This document shows positions 48,107 to 56,208 of a DNA stretch of 58,659 nucleotides, piece by piece. Under the pieces are notes generated by a model. The model was not told the DNA's origin. It did not search any database and saw only the letters and a list, made by a program, of their open reading frames with translations. Position 1 is the stretch's first letter. Each line of letters starts with the position of its first letter. This stretch comes from Bacteroidales bacterium (lineage in GTDB: Bacteria; Bacteroidota; Bacteroidia; Bacteroidales; VadinHA17): contig PLNF01000035.1 of NCBI GenBank assembly GCA_003141715.1, positions 9,837-68,495 on the forward strand, written 5' to 3'. Both the position numbers and the translations under genes were made by a program.

Positions 48107-49942
48107 TTATTCGACTGTTACCGACTTAGCCAGGTTCCTGGGCTGGTCAACATTACATCCTCTTAAAACAGCAATATGGTATGAAAATAATTGAAGCGGG
48201 ATTACAGCGAGCAAACCTGAAAAGATTGGAAGAGTTTCAGGAACTTCAAGAACATAATCAGCCATTTTACTGATTATTTCATCACCTTCAGTGACAATTG
48301 CGATTACATTTCCTTTTCTCGCTTTAATCTCCTGAATGTTACTCACAATCTTTTCATAAGTGTCATCTTTTGTTGCAACGACAACAACAGGCATATTCTC
48401 ATCAATAAGGGCAATCGGACCATGTTTCATTTCTGCAGCAGGATATCCTTCAGCATGGATATATGAAATTTCCTTCAGTTTAAGTGCACCCTCGAGGGCA
48501 ACGGGGAAGAGATATCCTCTTCCAAGGTAAAGAGCATTATGCGTATTTTGAAAAACTTTTGCAAGTTCAAGGGCCTGGTCGTTTACCTTAAGCGCATTCT
48601 CAATTTTACCGGGTATTGCAACCAGTTCAGTTATAAGTTTTTTATATGCTGAATCGGAGATAATCCCTTTCTTGTGACCGATTTCAAATGCCATCATTGC
48701 CAGAACCAAAACCTGTGTAGTAAATGCTTTTGTTGATGCAACACCGATTTCCGGACCAGCATGTGTATAAACACCCGCATCAGTTTCCCGTGGAATACTG
48801 CTGCCTACAACATTACATATTCCTATGACTTTTGCACCTTTCTCCCTGGCAAGTTTAACAGCAGCAAGGGTATCGGCAGTTTCACCGCTCTGACTTATGG
48901 CAATTACAAAATCGCCTTTTTTTATTATCGGATTCCTATAACGAAATTCTGATGCATATTCCACCTCAACCGGAATCCTGGTGTACTCTTCAAAAATATA
49001 TTCCCCAACCAATCCGGCATGCCATGAGGTACCGCAGGCAATTATTATGATTCTTTCCGACTGGGTCAATGCCTCAAAAACATTATGCAGACCTCCAAGC
49101 ATAACACCTGAATAATCAGGTAATATCCTGCCCCTGAAAGTATCGTGAATTGCCCTTGGCTGTTCAAAAATTTCCTTTAGCATAAAATGAGCAAAACCTT
49201 CTTTGTCAATCTCCCCTATCTTAAGATCCAGTTCTTTGACTTCCGGTTGTATCTTTTCTATTCTAATGGTTTTGAGGATAAGTTCATCCTTCTTTATTAT
49301 AGCGATATCGTCATCATTCAGATAGATTACCCTCTGTGTATATTCAACAATCGGGGTTGCATCCGAAGCAATAAAGTTTTCACCTTCTCCCACTCCTATA
49401 ACAAGAGGGCTACCTTTCTTCGCTGCAAACAATTTGTCTGGCTCTTTGGTGCATATTATCACAAGGCCATACGCTCCTTCAACCCTGTTAAGTGCCAGTG
49501 TAATTGCCTGTTCAGCAGTGAGATCACCCTCGAGGTACATGTGCTCAATAAGATTGGCAAGAACTTCGGTATCAGTCTGACTTGAAAATATTACACCCCT
49601 GCTCTCGAGGTGTTTCTTGAGACGTGCATAATTCTCAATTATACCGTTATGAACAACGATGAAGTTGCCTTTATAGGAGACCTGTGGATGGGCATTTAAT
49701 TCATTAGGTTCGCCATGCGTGGCCCATCTTGTATGCCCCATCCCTGTTGTACCGTTAAAATTGGATTTATTTACGAGATCCTCAAGGTCTTTTACTCTGC
49801 CCGCGCATTTAAATATTTTGGTTTCTCCGTTTACAAGAGCCATACCGGCAGAATCATATCCGCGATATTCAAGTCTTTTCAGACCATTAATTATTATTTC
49901 ACGAGCTTGTTTTGATCCTATATAACCAATAATTCCGCACAT
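48107..49942 (-). CDS. glmS: Glutamine--fructose-6-phosphate transaminase
   Basis: MCGI N-terminus (start 49942), LEYRGYDS, HTRWATHG, SQSGET, PRNLAKSVTVE. Confidence 0.99.
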   Translation of the reverse strand: MCGIIGYIGSKQAREIIINGLKRLEYRGYDSAGMALVNGETKIFKCAGRVKDLEDLVNKSNFNGTTGMGHTRWATHGEPNELNAHPQVSYKGNFIVVHNGIIENYARLKKHLESRGVIFSSQTDTEVLANLIEHMYLEGDLTAEQAITLALNRVEGAYGLVIICTKEPDKLFAAKKGSPLVIGVGEGENFIASDATPIVEYTQRVIYLNDDDIAIIKKDELILKTIRIEKIQPEVKELDLKIGEIDKEGFAHFMLKEIFEQPRAIHDTFRGRILPDYSGVMLGGLHNVFEALTQSERIIIIACGTSWHAGLVGEYIFEEYTRIPVEVEYASEFRYRNPIIKKGDFVIAISQSGETADTLAAVKLAREKGAKVIGICNVVGSSIPRETDAGVYTHAGPEIGVASTKAFTTQVLVLAMMAFEIGHKKGIISDSAYKKLITELVAIPGKIENALKVNDQALELAKVFQNTHNALYLGRGYLFPVALEGALKLKEISYIHAEGYPAAEMKHGPIALIDENMPVVVVATKDDTYEKIVSNIQEIKARKGNVIAIVTEGDEIISKMADYVLEVPETLPIFSGLLAVIPLQLFSYHIAVLRGCNVDQPRNLAKSVTVE

Positions 49943-49996
49943 ATTCAATAGGGTTTAGAATGTAAGTACGAAATTAGTTATTTTGGTTCACAAAAT

Positions 49997-51388
49997 CTAG
50001 AACTTGGTATAGGTAAATTCAAATTTAACAGGCGTTTTGTTTTTATTAGCATTCAGGATAACATTCTTTGTTCCGGAACCCTCAAAAATTTCCACCTCCG
50101 GTTCTAAATTACCTGTAGCATCTTCAAGATATGCCTGAACAAAAGCAGGTATGTTGAAATTATATACCTGGGCTGTGGAATCGAGCCTACCGTCAAAAAA
50201 GTTATGACTAACATCTACAGTCGATGCAAGTGAATAGTCAGGCACCGTATATCTGGCTCCGCTTTTTGATCTATATCTGAGAAATAGCTGAGTTGGTACA
50301 TTAGGTGTTATATACGGATTAGCAGGAGTAGGCTTGAAATGGACCGGAACAACAAGCCTGGCTCTGTTTATTGTAATTTTACCAAAAGAAACATCATTTT
50401 TTATATTTTTAAGGCCCGGCAAAGCTATTTTTGTATAGACTCCGGCAAGAGATTGCACGTAAGAGAGTGTGTCTTTATAGGTTGTATTTATGTGTGCCAT
50501 CTTATCCCCAATGGTGGCTGTATTAAAATCATGTGAAAACTTGCTAAAGGATGCATTAATGTTCTTTGCATCAAGGGCGAAAGAATATTCTTTTGCAGTC
50601 CCTGTGGTATCATGTATGAATAAAACAAAATAATTATAATAGGTCGTCTGGTCTGATAAAAGACTTAAAGAAATAAGGAAGGGGTCAGAACTTGTTGAAT
50701 TCAACTGGAAATACAACCCTTTGAAAAAAGATCTGAAATCAGGTGTGTTATTATTATAAAATAATTTTGATGTGTCGCGTGTAAGGTAATTCCCGAACTC
50801 TAATCCTTTTCCCGGTAAATTCAGTTCAATATCGTTTATTGTATCGGTTCTCAGAGCAGGCAGTACAATATCGGTCACCTTAAAACCTGTAAGATTTACA
50901 GGTGTGTTTGGATAATAGGCTGAATCGACATAAATCTGGTCTGAGATCTCGGAGAAGCTTAAAGTATTTACACCGCCTGAACCTCCATTCTTTACACTTA
51001 ATATATGCAGGTAAAATTTCATTGAATCTACAGTAAATGGTTGACCATCCCATTTAGCATTGAGTCTTATTTGTGTGACAAATTCAGCTGTTGTGCTCCC
51101 GAAATATGGATCATAGTCATGCCCCAGGTAAGAAATTGTGGGTAGGTCGCTCCTGGCTGAATCATCATACATTGTATAAGAAAAAACACTTAATGTATCT
51201 ATGGATTTAATTGAGACAAAATCACCTTCGGGAAGAATATCCCCTCCAATTTTTAAAATCTCCTTCTTGCATGAACTGGCAAAAACAGTTATCATTACAA
51301 AGAGGGCCGGGAGGAATATTCTAAAGAGATTTTGAGAGACAGAAACAATTCTGTTAGTGAGTTGGGAACTATTATAATATCTTGTCAT
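49997..51388 (-). CDS. DUF4270 family lipoprotein
   Basis: Lipobox ASSC, YLG...DPYFG.T.A.F.TQ, KFEFTYTKF; position between short glgA and glmS is typical; start uncertain. Confidence 0.8.
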   Translation of the reverse strand: MTRYYNSSQLTNRIVSVSQNLFRIFLPALFVMITVFASSCKKEILKIGGDILPEGDFVSIKSIDTLSVFSYTMYDDSARSDLPTISYLGHDYDPYFGSTTAEFVTQIRLNAKWDGQPFTVDSMKFYLHILSVKNGGSGGVNTLSFSEISDQIYVDSAYYPNTPVNLTGFKVTDIVLPALRTDTINDIELNLPGKGLEFGNYLTRDTSKLFYNNNTPDFRSFFKGLYFQLNSTSSDPFLISLSLLSDQTTYYNYFVLFIHDTTGTAKEYSFALDAKNINASFSKFSHDFNTATIGDKMAHINTTYKDTLSYVQSLAGVYTKIALPGLKNIKNDVSFGKITINRARLVVPVHFKPTPANPYITPNVPTQLFLRYRSKSGARYTVPDYSLASTVDVSHNFFDGRLDSTAQVYNFNIPAFVQAYLEDATGNLEPEVEIFEGSGTKNVILNANKNKTPVKFEFTYTKF

Positions 51389-52175
51389 AAAAATCATTAT
51401 AGGCATCAATATATTCGGTCTCATCCTTAAATTCAAGAACCGGTTTGTTAACTGTAATCAGGTATTTTTTCAATTCTTCGTTTATATCCTCGCTTCCGAT
51501 AATGATTCCGTCAGAATATTTGATGGCCAATTTTGATACATTAACAAAATCTGCTTTCTTAACAAGCTTAAGGTTTTCCCCATCTATTCCATCGAACCGC
51601 AGCTTATCCGCGAATGTTGATCTAAACGGAGTTTTAAAATCATTATTGTAAATGGAATAGATTATTTTGTAATTATGAAAAAGCGGATCATCATTGTATA
51701 TACTTCGCAGATAAACCGGCACCAGGGCTGACATCCATCCGTGGCAATGCACAATATCAGGTGCCCATCTTAGTTTCTTAACAGTTTCAATTACACCTCT
51801 GGCAAAAAACAGTGCCCTTTCATCATTATCTTCAAATTCCCGCCCTGAAGCATCGCTGATGATATGTTTTCTCTGGAAATAATCGTCATTATCAATAAAA
51901 TAGACCTGCATTCGTGCTGATTGAATCGAAGCAACTTTGATTATGAGCGGATGGTCAGTATCATCAATAATAAGATTCATCCCCGAAAGCCGTATTACTT
52001 CATGAAGCTGATTCCTTCTTTCATTGATACAACCATATCTCGGCATGAAAGTACGGATCTCTTTGCCTCTTTCCTGAATGCCCTGGGGGAGAAACCTTCC
52101 GATCTTCGACAACTTTGTCTCACCTAAGTACGGAGTGATCTCTTGTGAAATGAATAATACCTTCCTGCTTTCCAT
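51372..52175 (-). CDS. Glycogen/starch synthase N-terminal (GT5) domain-only protein
   Basis: FMPRYG, RALFFARG, PDIVHCHGW; only 267 aa, no KxGGL motif. Confidence 0.85.
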   Translation of the reverse strand: MESRKVLFISQEITPYLGETKLSKIGRFLPQGIQERGKEIRTFMPRYGCINERRNQLHEVIRLSGMNLIIDDTDHPLIIKVASIQSARMQVYFIDNDDYFQRKHIISDASGREFEDNDERALFFARGVIETVKKLRWAPDIVHCHGWMSALVPVYLRSIYNDDPLFHNYKIIYSIYNNDFKTPFRSTFADKLRFDGIDGENLKLVKKADFVNVSKLAIKYSDGIIIGSEDINEELKKYLITVNKPVLEFKDETEYIDAYNDFYDKIL

Positions 52176-52209
52176 TTACCTGCCTGGATATACCATTTCG
52201 ATTTAAGGT

Positions 52210-52217
52210 GCAAAGAT
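52210..52217 (-). promoter_or_regulatory. -7 promoter element upstream of the GT5-DUF4270 unit
   Basis: TATCTTTG on minus strand. Confidence 0.6.
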
Positions 52218-52289
52218 AGTAAAAATTAATAACATAATAAATAGGAGTATAATCAGAGATATCCCTTTAATTCATATTATACGACGCTT

Positions 52290-52363
52290 GAAAATCAATT
52301 TATTTACCCCAACCCCAAGGGGAGTAAATTGATTTTCTGCGCTCCCCTTGGGGCCGGGGTAAA
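52290..52363. repeat. Interleaved pair of inverted repeats (A-B-A'-B')
   Basis: gaaaatcaattta/taaattgattttc (13 bp perfect); tttaccccaaccccaaggggag/ctccccttggggccggggtaaa (22 bp, 2 mismatches). Confidence 0.8.
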
Positions 52364-52436
52364 CGAAAAAAATCAATAAATTTGTATTTAAGATCCTTAA
52401 ATGATCTATTTTAGTTTCGAAATAAATATATAAAAG

Positions 52437-53294
52437 ATGAAGATAATACGTACTGTTATTGAATTGCAAACCCGGTTAAAAGAAATGCATCTTTCTCCCG
52501 TTGGATTTGTCCCAACGATGGGTGCTCTCCATGAAGGTCATTTATCCCTGGCACAAAGCGCTGTACAGCAATGTCCTGTAGTCGTTTTGAGCATTTTTGT
52601 AAACCCTACACAATTCAATGATAAAAATGATCTGAAGAATTATCCGAGAACGCCTGATAGTGATCTTGAACTCCTTAAGAAAGTCCTTAGAGAAACTGAT
52701 CTTGTTTTTACTCCGGACATCAAAGAAATTTACCCGGAAGAAGATAAACGGGAATTTCATTTTGGGAACCTCGATAATGTAATGGAAGCTCTTCACCGTC
52801 CGGGTCATTTTAATGGTGTTGCACAGGTTGTAAGCAGATTGTTCGAAATTGTAAAACCCGATATTGCCATTTTTGGCTTGAAGGACTTTCAGCAACTTGC
52901 CGTTATCAAAGCTCTGGTAAAACAGACAGGCAACAAGGTGAAAATAATTGGTAATCCCATCATCCGTGAAAATGATGGATTGGCAATGAGCAGCCGGAAC
53001 CGTCTTCTTGACCCGGTAATCAGATACCATGCAGCTATAATCTATAAAACTATCTCCGCTATTACTCTAATGATTAAAAATTATAATATAGCTGAAATTA
53101 AATCATTCGTAAGAGACAGCATTAGCAATGTTCCCGGATTCAAAGTCGAATATTTTGAGATTGTGGATGATATAGACCTGATCCCTTTAAGCACAAAAGA
53201 TGAAATGAGAAAAGATAAACGGTACTTTGGATGCATTGCGGTAGTTGCCGGAAAAATTCGTCTGATAGATAATATTGAAATTGGATTGGTCTGA
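52437..53294 (+). CDS. panC: Pantoate--beta-alanine ligase
   Basis: PTMGALHEGH, FVNPTQF, RPGHF, KDFQQ, AMSSRN, RLIDN. Confidence 0.97.
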   Translation: MKIIRTVIELQTRLKEMHLSPVGFVPTMGALHEGHLSLAQSAVQQCPVVVLSIFVNPTQFNDKNDLKNYPRTPDSDLELLKKVLRETDLVFTPDIKEIYPEEDKREFHFGNLDNVMEALHRPGHFNGVAQVVSRLFEIVKPDIAIFGLKDFQQLAVIKALVKQTGNKVKIIGNPIIRENDGLAMSSRNRLLDPVIRYHAAIIYKTISAITLMIKNYNIAEIKSFVRDSISNVPGFKVEYFEIVDDIDLIPLSTKDEMRKDKRYFGCIAVVAGKIRLIDNIEIGLV

Positions 53295-53308
53295 ACCAAA
53301 AGGTTAAT

Positions 53309-53316
53309 TACCTTTG
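53309..53316 (+). promoter_or_regulatory. -7 promoter element upstream of panD
   Basis: TACCTTTG. Confidence 0.55.
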
Positions 53317-53348
53317 CACTGTAATTAGGATCAACAAGATATCAAAAC

Positions 53349-53699
53349 ATGTTAATAGAAGTAATAAAATCAAAAATCCACAAGGTTACAATTACCGGGG
53401 CAAACCTCCATTATATTGGAAGTATAACAATTGATGAGGATCTTATGGATGCAGCAAACCTGATAGAAAACGAAAAAGTTCATGTTTTAGATCTTAACAA
53501 CGGAGAGCGCCTTGAGACATATGTTATTAAAGGTGTACGCGGCTCGGGAGATATCTATCTTAATGGCGCTGCAGCCAGAAAGGTAATTGTTGGTGATATT
53601 ATAATCATTATGTCGTTCGCGTTAATCGATTTTCAGGAAGCAAAATCATTTAAACCGGTAATCATTTTCCCCGATACAAAAACCAATAAACTGATCTGA
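53349..53699 (+). CDS. panD: Aspartate 1-decarboxylase
   Basis: [13 protein letters not shown] pyruvoyl cleavage site, RLETY, NGAAAR. Confidence 0.97.
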   Translation: MLIEVIKSKIHKVTITGANLHYIGSITIDEDLMDAANLIENEKVHVLDLNNGERLETYVIKGVRGSGDIYLNGAAARKVIVGDIIIIMSFALIDFQEAKSFKPVIIFPDTKTNKLI

Positions 53700-53701
53700 A
53701 G

Positions 53702-54727
53702 TTGAGAAAAGGTATTCTGCAGACTCTTAAGTTTATAGCTTTCTTCGCTATCGGGGTACTCCTGCTTTGGTTCGCATTCCATAATATTGACTTTTCAAAA
53801 CTTTGGGCAGAATTGAAAGAAGCTGATTATTCATGGCTCCTTCTATCAGTTCTCTTCGGGTTGTTTGCCTTTATAAGCCGTGCACGAAGATGGGTGCTGC
53901 TCATAAACCCTCTCGGTTTCAAGCCTTCAACTAAAAATGCTTTTTACGCTTTAATGACCGGTTACCTGGCAAACCTTGCGTTGCCAAGGATCGGAGAAAT
54001 TACCCGCTGTGTGGCATTGGGTAAAAAGGAAAAAATACCGGTCGATCAACTGATCGGAACAGTAGTAATTGAAAGAACTATAGACTTTCTTTCCCTTCTT
54101 CTTATAATGATAATCCTGATATTCACAAGCGGAGAACAGATAGGTCTTTTTCTCAAAGAAAGTATTCTGGTACCGATACAGCAAAAAGTATTTTCAGTCT
54201 TTGGAAACATATGGATCCTTTGGGTGGTTCTTTTTTCGCTTGGAGTAATCACTATGTTTCTGATGATCAGGTACAAAAAAAGGCTGCGTAAGATCCGTTT
54301 TTTTTCAAAGATGTTCGACCTTGCCCGAGGAATAATTAACGGACTGAAAACTATTACAAATCTTAAAAGAAGATGGGAATTCATTTTCCATACAATATTC
54401 ATCTGGATCAACTATGCCCTTATGACCTGGGTCGTTGTATTCTCTCTTCCAAGTACCTCACATCTGACTTTCGGAAACAGCATTTTCATTCTCGTAATAG
54501 GAGGCCTGGCAATGTCGGCTCCGGTTCAAAGCGGGCTCGGCGCATTTCATTATATTGTTTCGCGCGGTCTTCTTATTGTTAACGGAATACCCGTTGAAGA
54601 CGGATTGGCATATGCATTACTAACTCATGAATCGCAATTGATTTTTATTGCAATTATCGGAACTATATCGTTCTTCATCATTTTCAGAAAAGATAAGACG
54701 CCCCCGGATGGAGGGTTGGGGGGCTAG
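53702..54727 (+). CDS. Lysylphosphatidylglycerol synthase TM / flippase-like membrane protein (UPF0104)
   Basis: Multiple TM helices, RARRW, NLALPRIGE..R, ERTID, PVQSGLGAFH. Confidence 0.85.
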   Translation: MRKGILQTLKFIAFFAIGVLLLWFAFHNIDFSKLWAELKEADYSWLLLSVLFGLFAFISRARRWVLLINPLGFKPSTKNAFYALMTGYLANLALPRIGEITRCVALGKKEKIPVDQLIGTVVIERTIDFLSLLLIMIILIFTSGEQIGLFLKESILVPIQQKVFSVFGNIWILWVVLFSLGVITMFLMIRYKKRLRKIRFFSKMFDLARGIINGLKTITNLKRRWEFIFHTIFIWINYALMTWVVVFSLPSTSHLTFGNSIFILVIGGLAMSAPVQSGLGAFHYIVSRGLLIVNGIPVEDGLAYALLTHESQLIFIAIIGTISFFIIFRKDKTPPDGGLGG

Positions 54728-54732
54728 AAATT

Positions 54733-56094
54733 ATGGCAAAAAACAAAACAGTTTTCGTCTGTCAGAACTGCGGAGTCGAATCGGCAAAGTGGATCGGAAG
54801 ATGTCCTTCGTGTAAAGAGTGGAATACCTACCATGAAGAAATAATTGCTCCTGCATCTTCACGTGAGGTCTCATTCGTTATGAACCAGGGAAAAAGAAAA
54901 CCTGAACTTCTTGATAGTATTAAGGCTGATGAACATGGTCGTCAGAAGACCGGGATCTCAGAGCTCGACCGGATACTCGGGGGTGGTATTGTAGGCGGAT
55001 CACTGATTCTTCTCGGTGGAGAACCGGGCGTTGGCAAATCAACCCTTGCACTTCAGCTGGCTCTTGCCCTGAAAGGAAAAAATATCCTTTATGTTTCAGG
55101 AGAAGAGAGCGAAGAACAAATCAGTCTCAGAGCTCGAAGGATGAAGAACTCCAATCCTCAATGTTATATACTTTGCGAGACAGAACTTGAAAGTATCCTT
55201 ACACATGCCGAGAATATCAAACCCGGATTAATAATAATTGACTCTATACAGACAATAAGCAATGCGTTGCTAGAGTCTTCTGCAGGCTCTGTCTCACAGG
55301 TTAGGGAATGTGCTGCTCAGCTACTTAAATATTCCAAGATAACCGGAATTCCAATAGTTCTGATAGGCCATATTACCAAGGATGGCACACTTGCCGGCCC
55401 GAAAGTTCTTGAACATATCGTCGATGTGGTTCTCTATTTTGAAGGTGATAATAACTATGTTTACCGTATTCTCAGGTCGGTTAAAAACCGGTTCGGCTCA
55501 ACAGCTGAATTAGGCATCTTTGAAATGGTTGAAACAGGATTAAGGGAAGTCGACAACCCTTCTGAAATGTTTATCAATCAGCACGATGAGGCCCTCAGCG
55601 GCATTTCAATTGCAGCTACTGTTGACGGACTGAGGCCGTTCCTTATTGAGACACAGGCACTTGTAAGCAGCGCTGTATATGGAACTCCGCAGAGAAGCTC
55701 CACCGGCTTCGATATCAGGAGGCTCAATATGCTGCTTGCTGTGCTCGAGAAAAGAGCAGGATTTAAATTAGGTGTAAAAGATGTTTTCCTGAATATTGCA
55801 GGAGGCATCAAAGTAAACGACCCTGCGATAGATCTGGCAATTATAAGTTCTGTTCTCTCTTCAAATCTTGATATTCCGATAGGCCGGGAGATATGTTTTT
55901 CGGGTGAAACTGGTTTGTCGGGAGAAATAAGACCCGTTTCGCGTATCGAACAGCGAATCCGTGAAGCATCAAAAATGGGGTTTAATAAAATATATATTTC
56001 TAAATACCACAGAAATTTATCGGTAAAAGGATTAGATATAGAAGTTATACATGTGGGGAAAATTGAAAACCTGATAAGATCACTGTTTAGCTAA
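54733..56094 (+). CDS. radA: DNA repair protein RadA/Sms
   Basis: C4 zinc finger, GEPGVGKS, DSIQT, KNRFG. Confidence 0.97.
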   Translation: MAKNKTVFVCQNCGVESAKWIGRCPSCKEWNTYHEEIIAPASSREVSFVMNQGKRKPELLDSIKADEHGRQKTGISELDRILGGGIVGGSLILLGGEPGVGKSTLALQLALALKGKNILYVSGEESEEQISLRARRMKNSNPQCYILCETELESILTHAENIKPGLIIIDSIQTISNALLESSAGSVSQVRECAAQLLKYSKITGIPIVLIGHITKDGTLAGPKVLEHIVDVVLYFEGDNNYVYRILRSVKNRFGSTAELGIFEMVETGLREVDNPSEMFINQHDEALSGISIAATVDGLRPFLIETQALVSSAVYGTPQRSSTGFDIRRLNMLLAVLEKRAGFKLGVKDVFLNIAGGIKVNDPAIDLAIISSVLSSNLDIPIGREICFSGETGLSGEIRPVSRIEQRIREASKMGFNKIYISKYHRNLSVKGLDIEVIHVGKIENLIRSLFS

Positions 56095-56112
56095 TCTGTG
56101 GTTGGGATTTTA

Positions 56113-56155
56113 AGATTGCTTCGTCTCCCGATGAAATCGGGAGACGAAGCAATCT
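56113..56155. repeat. Perfect 20-bp stem hairpin between convergent radA and PBP genes (REP-like or terminator)
   Basis: agattgcttcgtctcccgat-gaa-atcgggagacgaagcaatct. Confidence 0.85.
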
Positions 56156-56208
56156 CATTAACCCGGGCAGGAATAATTAATCGAATACCGTTACGCCGTT
56201 GCGCCTTA

